The position numbers and the translations under genes are program-made. DNA of 64,000 nt from Phoronis australis. Lineage: Eukaryota; Animalia; Phoronida. The notes under the pieces are model-generated. The model was not told the DNA's origin. It saw only the letters and a list, made by a program, of their open reading frames with translations, and did not search any database. Shown one piece after another: positions 25,201-37,500 of this stretch (positions are counted from its first letter, which is position 1; every line of letters begins with the position of its first letter). The stretch spans positions 461,200-525,199 of the forward strand of contig NMRA01000304.1 of the NCBI GenBank assembly GCA_002633005.1, given 5' to 3'.

Positions 25201-27235
25201 AAACTCAAGACTGTTATATGATGATGTGCCACTATCATTTGATTTTCGGTCAGTTTCGACCACTGCAGTGCCTCCTAGTGACCATTTTGTATGAGCGTTT
25301 CCATATGATATGTGGAGAACCGAGTGAAGGATTTCAATGAAAGTTGACACAGAGGTTTGTGATAAGAATACGTCAGCACCATTAAATTTTCAAGCAGATT
25401 CGACCACTGCAGCACCTCCTTGTGGTCATTTTGTTTTCAACATGGGCATTTCAAATGTTGCTTTGGGGGAAGAGCATTTCCGGTTGATATCTAGAGAACT
25501 GATAGGTGGATTCCAATGAAACTGACGCAGAGTTAGGTATATGATGAGATTGCACTTGAACACCATTTGATTTTCGTCTGGATTCGACTACTGCAGTGCC
25601 TCCTACTGGCCATTTTGTGTGAGCGTTTCTGGATGATATGAAGAGAACTGAGGGAAGGATTTCAATGAAAGTTCATAGAGACGTAATTGTTTGGACAGTG
25701 CAACGGCACCATTAAGTTTCCGGGTGGATTTGACCACACACAACATCGCCATTTTGTTTTCGACCTGGGCTTTTGAAGTTTTGTTTGGGGGAAGAGCATT
25801 TTCGGATGATATCTGAGGAACCAATAAGTTCGTCCCAGATTGCACTGCAACAAGAATCTCACTGTATTTACCCACAATGATGCCCTAAACACTCCTCGCG
25901 CACATTTGCTACATTGTTTTGCGTGCTATTTGTTGTCTGATCCAATACAAGTTTTTCTCGATTGCATTACTCTATTCGTCCTTCCAATGCCAATGAAGTA
26001 TTATGGCTGTGCTGTGGGCTGCAAATCCAACATGAGAAAGCTTGATAAACTCACTGGACAAATAAATACCCATGGATGCGGGATGTGAAATTCTTCACCT
26101 TCCCAACATCAATGATGCTCTTTCTGTATTTTGGTGCTAATAGTTTCTGCCTGCAGTTATGGTGGGTTCCTGAATGTGCTTTATCCTTACGAAATAATCA
26201 TTCTAGTGCTTACAACATATTTATACTTTGTGAAGCCATGGGTGATGAAATAGGCAAAAAAGTCCATTGACTTGGCTGCATCTGAAGTATTGTAAATGGC
26301 AGGACAGATTTCTAAAGAAATAATGAATAAATAAAATATAAAGCTATGGTACAGTGTACTTGATTAAAATATTTCCGACTTTGCGAAGCAAAATGACTTC
26401 TTCTGCAAGGGGGACGAGGCTGTCAAGGAAGCCAGTTAAGTACAAATATTTTAAGCAAACATGACAGATTTCTGTTTAATAAATATACTGTCTGAATTAT
26501 GACAATTTACAGTCATTCATTTGTTCAAATTTTGCTGTTATATTTCAGTACCGCTTTGACAATATGACGTATATGACGTTTAATGCCATCACTCTAGTTC
26601 CATTTGAGCCCAAGCTCATTAATCTAGAAATGCTGGACAGGAAGCAGGTAGGTGGTCAGTGTGAAGCAGGTATGTAGTCACCATGATGCAGGTATGAGTG
26701 GTCAGCATGAAGCAGGTATGTGGCCAGCGTGAAGTAGGTGTGTGGTCAATGTGAAGCAGGTATGAGTGATCAGCATGACACGAGATACAAGGCCAGTGGC
26801 CTAAATTCATTAGCCTTATTTGTTGATTAAATGACAACATGTTTACTTCAAGTTGTTTAAAAACAAATAATTGTCAAGTCTTGGGCTTATTTGCGTCAAT
26901 TTGCAATTGTTACGGACCTGACACGTTCCTCTGCTCAGTGAATGCGTGTATGATTTACGAATCTTCAAGTCAACATGTCATTGCCTTTGTGGTATACCTT
27001 AAAAGAGTAATTACCTCCCTTGTATTTTTGTCTCTAGCGTTCTTGGCTTAATGCTTATCACAAGAAATGTCGTGATGTAATCGGGCCACTGTTAACTGGT
27101 GATGCCAAGGAATGGCTGAACAAGAGGACGAAACCTGTAAATATTGACCCGAATATCTCCAGTTCCTCCAACTCTGTGAAGACTACTATTGGTCTGTTCT
27201 GCCTGTGTTTTGTTTTGTGTTTTTACAAGAACTGA
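1293..27235 (+). CDS. XPNPEP2: Xaa-Pro aminopeptidase (aminopeptidase P, M24B), XPNPEP2-like with a predicted GPI anchor; 5' part lies upstream of the window
   Basis: Phase-consistent AG/GT exons translated by hand: 1293-1374 ([22 protein letters not shown]), 4835-4934 ([12 protein letters not shown]), 6368-6478 (IMPY..KIWIS), 9811-9897 ([15 protein letters not shown]), 10730-10842 (VRDAVAL), 12833-12982 ([23 protein letters not shown]), 14423-14483 (DGTTDVTRT), 15278-15347 (EAYTLVLMG), 15820-15924 ([18 protein letters not shown]), one of three alternative exons, 24622-24698 ([15 protein letters not shown]), 26549-26647 ([10 protein letters not shown]), 27038-27235 ([26 protein letters not shown]). 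All five M24 metal ligands (D,D,H,E,E) are present. The symbol means 'most like', not proven orthology. Confidence 0.93.
4953..5258. mobile_element. Palindromic MITE
   Basis: Ends are imperfect inverted repeats over about 60 bp (..cttcattaaaagtgacttttgaagacttttcagacaaaaatttggtctta / taagatcaaatttctgtctaaagtcttaaggcacttccatgaaac..). Confidence 0.6.
7560..8240. repeat. Dispersed repeat; diverged inverted copy at about 52900-53650
   Basis: Colinear matching blocks, e.g. 7590-7725 with the reverse complement of 53480-53615, and aaatatggtgatagccaaa (about 8168) with tttggctatcaccatattt (about 52965). Confidence 0.65.
10861..10907 (+). repeat. Intronic (CAG)n microsatellite
   Basis: cagcatcaacagcagcagca... 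starts 19 nt after the donor at 10842. Confidence 0.85.
11849..12615. mobile_element. Non-autonomous DNA transposon with TTAA TSD (Kolobok/piggyBac-type target)
   Basis: ttaa|tgatatctcaaaccttat ... ataaggtttgagataacc|ttaa. Confidence 0.7.
16120..16818. mobile_element. About 700-bp fully palindromic MITE with TTAA TSD (Kolobok-like GG..CC ends)
   Basis: ttaa|ggtcagtgtctacctttgttac ... gtaacgaaggtagccagtgacc|ttaa; arms pair to the centre (aaaaatcaagactt / aagtcttgattttt). Confidence 0.85.
17016..19156. mobile_element. 2.1-kb foldback-type element with TIRs and inverted subterminal arrays of a 20-21-bp unit
   Basis: TIR ggtggcccgaaagtatcatcg / cgatgatactttcgggccacc; arrays of GGTGGAAAYTATTT(T)CA(A)CCYR at about 17075-17315 and the reverse complement at about 18640-19100. 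Confidence 0.9.
19676..21180 (+). mobile_element. Degenerate Helentron-type non-autonomous element (HINE/DINE-1-like)
   Basis: Starts ttttatgcgccc, has internal cctcctagtggc units and ends ..gacgctcagcatttctcttgtt; same ends as the copies at 33658 and 56801. Confidence 0.55.
20469..20754. repeat. Tandem array of the palindromic unit AAAAACTTAAGTTTTT
   Basis: More than a dozen copies of aacttaagt; ends at the N at 20755. Confidence 0.9.
21338..21409 (+). CDS. Aminopeptidase P alternative exon A ([25 protein letters not shown])
   Basis: tctgcag|GT..GATG|gtgggt; 72 nt, phase 1-1; joins VHE-G to E-PGYY in frame. Confidence 0.88.
21947..22018 (+). CDS. Aminopeptidase P alternative exon B ([25 protein letters not shown])
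   Basis: ttttgtttgtcgttag|GT..GATG|gtgggt; 72 nt, phase 1-1; homologous to exon A. Confidence 0.88.
23207..23284 (+). CDS. Aminopeptidase P alternative exon C ([27 protein letters not shown])
   Basis: tttactcaaag|GC..GATG|gtaagt; 78 nt, phase 1-1; homologous to A and B with two extra codons. Confidence 0.85.
24803..25934 (+). mobile_element. Degenerate Helentron-type element with internal tandem units of about 120-180 bp
   Basis: Starts tttttgtgccc; recurring gagcatttccgg(a/t)tgatatctagagaac and actgcag(c/t)(a/g)cctcct(a/t)ntg(g/a)cc blocks; ends ..ctatttgtt. Confidence 0.55.
25987..26108 (+). pseudogene. Frameshifted THAP-domain N-terminal remnant, probably transposon-derived
   Basis: [21 protein letters not shown] then, in another frame, [15 protein letters not shown]; resembles the THAP C-x2-4-C ... 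FxFP start. The rest of the domain is missing. Confidence 0.45.
26641..26778 (+). repeat. Minisatellite (22-24-bp unit, about 6 copies) amplifying the exon/intron junction
   Basis: Unit gaagcaggta(t/g)gtggtcag(c/t)(a/g)t; the first copy overlaps the donor at 26647. Confidence 0.85.
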
Positions 27236-27852
27236 GATGCCTTTTATGGCTTCTTTCTCATTTTAGTAGTTCTTCTAGTCGTTCCTAGTTGCAGATTTTC
27301 AAACATGCAACTTCTGTTCAAGTGTACAAATTTTCAAAGCTTTATATTATATCCAAGTTGTTAGACTCCTTATGATATTAATGAAATTTCTTAGGTAATA
27401 CATTGATTTGCTTTTAAACTCAAGTTGTAATATGAATTGATTTTTGGATGTTTTACTTGCATGGTTACTTGTATATGTTTTTTCTACTTTTAATGAAATT
27501 TATTGATATTAATATTTTAATTTGTTATTGAATTAAACAAAATGCCAGTTTAAAGTTTGAAGTACTATGATGTGAATTGTTTAAATAACTTAACAATGTG
27601 CCAAGTTTTAAAATTTGAAATGTTAGGTAGTGAATCACTTAAATAGCAATCAGCATTTTGTAAAGAATGGATTATAATAAGTATCACGCTGAAAGTATGT
27701 TTCTCTATAAGTGAGTGTTTCACAAAAACGTGGTAATGTAACTAATTAATTTCCAATATCCAAGTAATAACTTTGTATGAATGATGCTTAACTGTTGACG
27801 TGCATGATATAGCTTTTGTTCAAGGTACTTGGCTGTATTAATGGGATGAAGC

Positions 27853-27858
27853 AATAAA
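27853..27858 (+). terminator. Candidate polyadenylation signal of the aminopeptidase gene
   Basis: AATAAA about 620 nt after the stop in an AU-rich 3' region; not confirmed. Confidence 0.35.
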
Positions 27859-28599
27859 GATGGTGTCATTACAAGGGGGACATCTCATTTAATTAAGGCT
27901 ACTTAAAGTTAAGGAGGACCTTATCCAGTACCCTATGTATTTTTCCAAATATCTGCAAAACTATAGATTTTAACACAGGAAAAGTATGTATTTCTAAATG
28001 TGCAAAGACTGAAGAATTTGATGTAAGACTTTGTAGCAGTCTACCATTAACTGGGTCGAGTGACCATTTATTTTGTAGGAAAAAATTTACATCAAGAGGA
28101 AAACAATGGTATCTGATGACCGAATTCATTGATAAAAATATCCATGATGAAATCTCAACACTAGTTTTCTAAACTATCATTGTGTTCTCATTTTAATTAG
28201 TCAACTTTTGATTCTTTAAAATAGAAAATCTTAAATCCTATCTTTGATAGCTCCTGGTGCAAAAGTGCAATTGCTAACAGCGTTTTGGAGAGCAGCTCAT
28301 AATGCATGGTGTCTGAAGGATTTGCCATATATCCGATCAACCAATTTTGCGATGATGTTCCGAAATTTGCCACATTTGGACATTTTTCTAGGGTCCTGTA
28401 TAAATTTATTAGAACATTTTTCTCTTTATGTAAAATTTTCCAGAAATCAAAGAAGTAAAAGCCAGCAGATTGCCGACCTCCTCCACGATCAGATCGGCTC
28501 CATTACGACATCGATAACAGGTCATGCTCATTGAGAGCGGGTCATGACTCGTGCTTCCCTCGTTAGGGCTAACGTTTGGCATCATCTTTGATAGTAACA

Positions 28600-31500
28600 T
28601 CACCGGGGTAACGCTTTAGGGCTAGTGATACCATGTTTAACCCCCTTCCTCCATACAGCAACGGGGACTATCAGTTGACTAACTTTCCGAACTTCTCCGT
28701 GACAATCCGGTAAGTCAACAGCTGATGGTTTTAAGCATAGCACGGTAATGTCAGCTTCCCGACCGACGCCCAAAGATCCAATTTTTTCGGAAACACCGAA
28801 GGCTTTGGCCGGATTGCTTGTAGCTGTTTTGATGACTTCGTTTAACGGCATTCCCAGATGTAGCAACTTTGACATAACTGTAGGAAGATCGTATGCGGGG
28901 CCATTGACATTACCGGTGTGAAGGTCTGAGCCCGCAAGATCACACCAGAAATTCTCTTTGGCGCACTGCTCGGCAACAGCCCAGCTAAAGGAACCTTCTC
29001 CGTGCCCTACGTCAAAAAAGATTCCTCGTTTCTTAGCCTCTAGAACTTCAGGAAATAGTGAGCCTGATTGGGGATTGATGATGGAACCATCGTTTCCGTG
29101 TAGCGCGTGAGTGTAAATGTCGCCTTGGCGCAGACTACCGGGGCACGACATCGATTGACCTGAAATAGAGTTAGTGGTTTATAATCTGTTTTGTGGGAAA
29201 CTGACCGAAGTTGAGGTCGATATTAAGGTGACACAAACTTGTTACATTACATATACCGGTAATTGCATGACTACAGGCCAATGTCACGACGTAGCAAAAT
29301 GACGAGAAAGATTGCCCTCCAATAAAATAACAGTTTGGTAAAATGCCAGGTAGACATTGGAAACAAAGGAGACTAAAAGAAGTTTCAAGTACAGTAAAAT
29401 AAGGATGGCTAACAAAAGTGTAAGACTAGCACACGGGAGGCTTGGGTGAATAAGGTCCATTCATCCCAAGTCAAGTACATATGCCATTTTACATGCACCC
29501 ACGTATCTGCCGACAAGCGTTGATTTTTCAAACAAATGCCTAGGCCACCATGATTTGATTTTCTCCTAAATTTGGCATTTTGTGCGTGTCAGTTGTACGA
29601 ATTTTGTCAGCAGGGTCGTCTTCTGTGCCCGGCCCGAGCACAGCAGTGCATTGCGACCTCTGCCAACGCCGCGGCAACTGCTCCATAGTAATGAAATAGG
29701 TAGGGGGTTACAACTAATCCAGTCTGCGATTACCAGTTAACACTAGAAACCTACTGTACGCAGTTTGGGACTTCCCCTGACAGTTCTCTAAAACTAAATT
29801 CTGTGTAAACCTCGTAAACCCTCTGCCAAATGTTGGAACACATTTTGAAAACTCCTGCTAAACTGACAAGCATGACCTACGCGACACTGAAAGGAAAGAC
29901 CATGCCACCCATTTAGAAACATGGTACTTATTCTGTTGAACATTGGTTAGTGTCTTAGTTGATTCCTATTTTATCAGCGCCAGTTGAGACGCCAATGGTG
30001 CATTAACAGGGGACAGAAAGAGTGGTTGGAAGCACGAAAACAGGGTTTAACATCTTTTTAAGGAACAAAAATGTTTGGAAACCGTAATGCATACCTTTCA
30101 AAATGCAATGAAGGAAAGGGATATGACGCGCATTTGGCCTGAACTATGCATTCGGAAATGGAGTCCAGAGTAACAATTAACAAGGGTGCGTCCCTTAGAC
30201 CCGAGACACTAGCAAAGCACTTAAGACGAGAAATTTCTGCTTAAGCCTATGGAACAGCGAATTCTATCCCATAATTTAAAAAGGCTACTAAACCTTGTTT
30301 TGATGATTTCAACCAATCCCCGTTTTGTCACCAGCTAATGCATCATTGCCGTCAATCTTCCAAGTTAAATACAGGAATCGGCTAAAACTCGCAATCCCTA
30401 TGTCACAAACTGAACACTATGGTTCTTATAGTGAGTGGTCTTTTCCCACAGTTGCCGTGTAGGCCTAATTCGCTAAAAGCGTATCTCACGCTTGCCCGTG
30501 TTGCAGATCTTGAAAGGAGTTTTCAAATTTTGCTCCAAACATTTGAAGGTTACTCGACGGGAAAGTCTTTTTTAATATCTGTCAATAGGCCAAAACTGGG
30601 TTTGGTATCCTTTTAACACTGCAAACTCACTGCCGCTAAGGGGTACCTTTCGCTGGTTCCCACGTGCCTATAGCCAGAGCGTGCTGGCTACCGACCACCT
30701 AGCGGCACGCAGGGAACCAGCGAGAGGGGTACCACCGAGGTACTAAGCTTCAGAGCATACTCTCTAAATACTTTCACTCACGACGTTATTATAATCTAAT
30801 TGCCTTTCCAAGAGTTTGTTTGGCGTGTACAGAACGCATTATATAAGCAATGCGTTACGTTATCATATCGAGCAAATTGTCTTAACTTCAACTTTTCTTT
30901 ATTTTGCCAACAACCCAAGTACGTACTCTCTATCCAATTTACCGGAATCGTTGAAAGCGTATGGTGAGTCATCAGTGGCAGCTGACACCGGGTGGCGACA
31001 CTGAGCGCTCTCCTGAAAATACTCAGAACAATTAACGAAGCAACTCGTCGAGCACCGATAAAGGGAATATGTTGTAATTCATCTTTGACAAAAACGCGCG
31101 TTACTTTCCCGATCTGTGACTGTGCTTTGGTCATTATTAAACAAGAGCAACGCGGAGCGTGGAAATGCGCCCACGAATGCATCGCAAATGGTGTGTTTTT
31201 AGGGTTGTTTATTTGTGTCATAAAAATGGCCACTAGATGGCGCAAGAACCTACAATCCATCCGGAAACGGGAACATGTCATTGCTTCTGTCGCAGAATGT
31301 GTTATTGTGTTTTTGGTTCATTACTTGTTTAGTTTAGTCACCGTATTACATCACTTACTGTTGTTGTTTACTACCACTTTCTCCGCATGCAGAAGATGAG
31401 TAATACTTCCTTTCCCAGAACTGTTTATCATCAGCATAGTGCATCCTTTATTTGTTCATTAATTTCATTGGTTAATTCGTGTTTCTCAGGTCTCTATATA

Positions 31501-34500
31501 TATCACTTTCACCATATTTTAAGTAGTATCAGTAGCTTCAGTAGTATGAGTTGATTAGTAGTTTGTTCTCCGCATTGAGAGTTGTTCTCATCATTNTGAT
31601 GGAACTATCGTTTCCGTGTAGCGCGTGAGTGTAAATGTCGCCTTGGCGCAGACTACCGGGGCACGACATCGATTGACCTGAAATATAGAGTTAGTGGTTT
31701 ATAATCTTGTTTGTGGGAAACTGACCGAAGTTGAGGTCGATGAGTAAGTTGACACAAACTTATTACATTACGTATACCGGTAATTGCATGACTACAGGCC
31801 AATGTCACGACGTGGCAAAATGACGAGAAAGGATTGCCCTCCAACAAAATACAGTTTGATAAAATGCCAGGTAGACAGTGGAAACAAAGGAGATTAAAAA
31901 GAGGTTTCAAGTACAGTAGAATAAGGATGGCTAACAAAAGTGTAAGACTAGCACACGGGAGGCTTGGGTGATAAGGTCCATTCATCCCAAGTCAAGTACA
32001 TGCCATTTTAATTAACCACATGCACCCACGTACTGATCTGCCGACAAGCGTTGATTTTTCAAACAAATGCCTAGGCCTCCATGATTTGATTTTTCTCCTA
32101 AATTTGGCATTTTGTGCATGTCAGTTGTGGTCTTCTGCGCCCGGCCCGGGCACAGCAGTGCACTGCGGCCTCAGCCAACGCGGCAACTGCTCTATGGTAA
32201 TGAAATAGGTAGGAGGTTACAACTAATTCAGTCTGCGATTACCAGTTAACACTGGCTAGAAACCTACTGTACGCAGTTTGGGACTTCCCCTGGCAGTTCT
32301 CTAAAACAAAATTCTGCCAAATGTTGGAACACATTTTGAAAACTCCTGCTAAACTGACAAGCATGACCTACGCGACACTGAAAGGAAAGACCATGCCACC
32401 CATTTAGAAACATGGTATTTATTCTGTTGAACATTGGTTAGCGTCTTAGTCGATTCCTATTTTATCACCCAGGTGAGACGCCAATGGTGCATTAACAGTG
32501 GACAGAAAGAGTGGTTGGAAGCACGAAAACAGGGTTTAACATCTTTTTAAGGAACAAAAATGTTTGGACACCGTAATGCATACCTTTCAAAATGCAATGA
32601 AGGAAAGGGATATGACTCGCATTTGGCCTGAACCATGCATTCGGAAATGGAGTCCAGAGTAACAATTAACAAGGGTGCGTCCCTTAGACCCAAGACACTA
32701 GCAAAGCACTTAAGATGAGAAATTTCTGCTTACGCCTGTGGAACAGCGAATTCTATCCCATAAGTTAAAAAGGCTACTAAACCTTGTTTTGATGATTTCA
32801 ACCAATCCCCGTTTTGTCACCAGCTAATGCATCATTGCCGTCAATCTTCCAAGTTAAATGCAGGAATCGGCTAAAACTCGCAATCCCTATGTCACAAACT
32901 GAACACTATGGTTCTTATAGTGAGTGGTCTTTTCCCACAGTTGCCGTGTAGGCCTAATTCGCTAAAAGCGTATTTCACGCTTGCCCGTGTTGCAGATCTT
33001 GACAGGAGTTTTCAATTTTTGCTCCAAACATTTGAAGGTTACTGGACGGGAAAGTCTTTCTAAATAGCTGTCAATAGGCCAAAACTGGGTTTGGTATCCT
33101 TTTAACACTGCAACCTCACGGCCGCTAAGGGGTACCTTTCGCTGGTTCCCACGTACTTATAGCCAGAGCGTGCTGGCTACCGACCACCTAGCGGCACGCA
33201 GGGAACCAGCGAGAGGGGTACCACCGAGGTACTAAGCTTCCGAGCATACTCTCTAAACACTTTCACTCACGAGATAATTATAATCTAATTGCCTTTCCAG
33301 GAGTTTGTTCTGTGTGTACAGAACGCACCCCTATATACGCCCATATATAAGCAAAAAACGTGTTTGCGTTACGTTATCATATCGAGCAAATTGTCTTAAC
33401 TTCGACTTTTCTTTATTTTGCCAACAACCCAAGTACGTACTCTCTATCCAATTTACCGGAATCGTTGAAAGCGTATGGTGAGTCATCAGTGGCAGCTGAC
33501 ACCGGGTGGCGACACTGAGCGCTCTCCTGAAAATATTCAGAACAATTAACGGCGCAACTCGTCAAGCACCGATAAAGCAAGGGAATATGTTGTAGTTCAT
33601 CTTTGACAAAAACGCGCGTTACTTTCCCGATCTGCGACTGCGCCTTGGTCATTATTAAACAAGAGCAACGCGGAGCGTTGAAATGCGCCCACGAATGCAT
33701 CGCAAATGGTGTGCTTAGTTTTAGGGTTGTTTATTTGTACCATAAAAATGGCCACTAGATGGCGCAAGAACCTACAATCCATCCGGAAACGGGAACATGT
33801 CATTGCTTCTTTGATAGAAAGCTATACACCAAATTTCACAGAAATCCGTCACGGAACTTCAGAGAAACGAAGGAAAAGAGAATAAAATGAAATTACCACT
33901 AGGGGGCACACTGTTCATTGGATCCGCCTGAAAGTCGTCATTGTCTGTTGTTAGCTTCATTTAAATACATTTACAAATTATATTTAATAAAGATCCTGCA
34001 GTACTGGAGGTTCAGGAGATACAGCTATGGGCATAAAACAAAACAAAACTACCCCTAGGAGACGCCACAGTAGTCAAAGTTGATATCGTGGCGCAAACTA
34101 GGTCGAATCCATCTGAAAACGGATAGATAGCATCACCTCACTAACAGAAGCCTGTACACCAAATTTTATGAAAATACGTTGAGGACCCTTGAAGATACAG
34201 GGGTAAACGTAAAAAAACTAAAATTGCCACTAGGGGCACACCGGTAGTTGGATCCGTCCAAAACTTCGCTCATGTCGTCCGATCCATAAAAGGAACACGT
34301 GCAAAATTTCATGAACATACGTCAACCGGTTTTGGAGATAGAGCATCGGACGGAGGCGAACGGACGGAAGGACGGACACAGATGACCGTACGGCATAATG
34401 CGTCCACATATAAATATGTGGGCGCATAAAAATTGCCTATCACGAACTTCGGTGAAAGGCGAGGACTTTTTCACCCTCTACCAATCTTAGGACTCGATCC

Positions 34501-37500
34501 TACTGTAGTCTGGCGTTCCAGCCACCAGCACCCACTAGGGACTAGTATAAATCCAAAGTGTGTGTAAATACAGTAGCTTGGCCTCTTGTTGTCCATAAAC
34601 ACTCGGTCAAAACTACATATTAGGCATGTTGATTAGGATAAAGAAAATAGCAAATTATATTTATTGTCTGCGTTTTTGGATGCGGTACTTTCCTAGATAT
34701 CCATACTCTAGCTCTAAAAGAAGGTCACCTGATGGCAGTCGAAATGGGTCGGGGTCATTTTTTTCTTTAAACAGTAAGGTGAAAGTTCAAAATCAGTGGG
34801 ACAAAGAGTAATTAGAACCAACTGTGCTAAAATTTGACTTTACATTTCTAAATACCCCACGCATGTGCTTGCATAATTTACATGTATGTACGCCATTTTC
34901 AAGTGCATACAACTGAGGCGCATCGGTTGGTGTTCCGCACGCCATCACTCAGATTGCCCGGGCATCTTATATGGACCTACGTGTAATTCAAATACCTGTA
35001 TGCCTCTTCCTCAAACTGTCCGTCGTTCGTTACCCCAGTTGACAACCTTATTTTAATGCCTACTACCATGTCTCTGTTTTTCTCTACACAAGCCACGGCC
35101 CGCTTTTCGTCCAGTTGCTTGATACTGTCACATTCACCATAACCTGAACCGAATAAGAAGCACTTTTTACGAAGCCGTATGTATAAAAGCGAGTAAAAAC
35201 TGCTGAGCCGTCAAAGAAACTAACTTTTGAGTTTGACCATTTACCCCTATGAAACTGATCTCAGTATGTTCCTAACTCAGATGATAACCGATTTCTGGTC
35301 TAGTTGCCGGAATTGAAGAAATGACACTTCGTAATTACTTAAGGTCACGCCGTGAAAAGCTAAGTGCTACTGGTCTCGAGTAATACCGAATAACCAGCGT
35401 TTCTCAAGCACAGAAATCATCTGTCTTGACGAAAAAATGAGTTGAAACCAATTTCATATCCGTATCCGGTCTAATCAAACGTTTTTAGGAAGTCACGCGG
35501 GCGGTTTTAATGCACTCAGGAACTTACGGTAGCTTAATTGAAACTGTAAACTACAGTATTTCTTTGTCCTTGTTTTATACTAATTTTACCAAGAACAGTA
35601 CGATCAGACCCAAATCGTGGGGCCCAGGTAAATGTATACTAAGCGCTGTTTAGGTAATATGACCACTATATTGGGGCATCTCGTTTCAGTTGACGGGATA
35701 ACATGTTCGCAACATTTTTCCACGCCTCACTGAAAAACACATATTTATCCACAGTCAAAAATTGAATCGTGAGATAAAGCAACACTTTGTTTTTCAATAT
35801 TATACCAGGCTGGGAATGAAACTCTGTTTGGCTCATCAGCCGCTCCTCTTGTATTATATAACTTTGAAGTTGATCATTTTCGTTTTTGAACCTCTCACGT
35901 AGTGCACAGCATAACTTTTAATTACAATTGACTCGCTGCCGCAGTATACTGATAAAACACATAATTTTTGTTTTGCAGTTTAATTTTAACCACACAGCAA
36001 CATACCCATGTTGGAACATCCAGCCGCCGCCAGGCCATGGGCTGCAACATGGAGTAAGCACAGCACACGGGTCTTGGACTGTTCAGCTATGAAATGCCTC
36101 AAGCCAGGAAACGTAGAAGCACCTGAGAATGCATAATAGGACATCACAACGAACATTAATTATAATGTTTTCCAGTTAAAACGTATCATACTAGCCTACT
36201 CTTTTTGACAATGAAAAGAAAATTTATACTTCAGAGTTATCGAGTCGGCCGACATAAAGAATTTTCTGTTTATACTTCGTAAAACGAATGTGAACAAGAG
36301 TCAAAATTTCTTCCCGATGATACGCATTCGATATGTACGGTAGCCCAAAGATGACATCGGGCTTTTCTTTTTTAATTATCTCAGAATCTCGAGATCCCGA
36401 CTTAATTATCTCGGGATTTCGAGAACCTGAGATAAGTAAAAAAGAAACGAGCGGGCGATGTTATCTTTGGTCTACCGTAAATATGACAATTTTTCGAAAC
36501 AAATTCAACTCCACAATTCGTGAAGAATTTTATTCTTCAATAGAATTTCTGATCATGCACCAACGGTATTGGAAACCCTGATTGTTTGCCAGAGTTTTCT
36601 GCATCAGAGAAGCTCATGTTTAGGTACGCTCAGTAGGTGCATACTAAGAAATGTTTCCGTCGATACACCCTATTGTATATTCTTCACTTCCAGCTATACG
36701 GATTCGCCCCGGGTTTGTCCACAGAAAAATCCGTATTAAGCCCGTATGCTTTTATCAAATGACATAGAGTCTATACCTACAATATTGCTCAACTGTTGTT
36801 CTTCACTTTTAGACAGAGGCGCAGTGGCTTGTCTTAATCGTCTTTTTGTTTTTCCCCATTGTCAACGTCTAACATTTTGTATCGGGTAGGTCAAATTTTT
36901 GCTTTTATTCTAACTCAAGGTATGTGCCTATTTTTGCCTGATAGAGTACATTATCATTCGGTTGATGTGGTGCTCGTTCCGTAGACGCAAGGCGGCACTC
37001 TAAAAATACACGATCACACAAATTTTCACGAAATATCGGCATGCATTACTAGCCATCGGCATCTGATCACAACTCAGCCAAGAGCATGCCGAACTCCTCG
37101 GGTATTTTCGTAACCAAAATTGAAACTATAAAAATACCCGAGGATCCACGGCTGCTTCGGAACATCCGGAAACCTCGGATATTTCCGTAGCTTCAAAATC
37201 GGAACACCAAGGATATTTTCGCAGCCTTAAATTTCCAATGAGAAATGCGCCATAGTAACCCTGAGTTAACAGTAGGCCTACACGACAAGGGACGAAGGTT
37301 TAGGTACAGTCGCGTACGGCGACTTTTGCTCGGAGACCTATTAGTGAAGTAAAGAGTGTAACTGTCCTATTTTTGATAACCCCGCATAAACTGAACAATG
37401 TAACGACAGCGTTTTAGAGAATAATGAATAAAACGCAATGAGTTTCGTAAGAATGAATGTAATAAGTCATTTCTGAGATATGATGTTCCAAAGATAACCA

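Noticed and set aside
30927-31012. Second copy of amidohydrolase exon 4 as an alternative exon
   Set aside because: Identical to 33441-33526 and inside an N-joined duplicate; most likely allelic.
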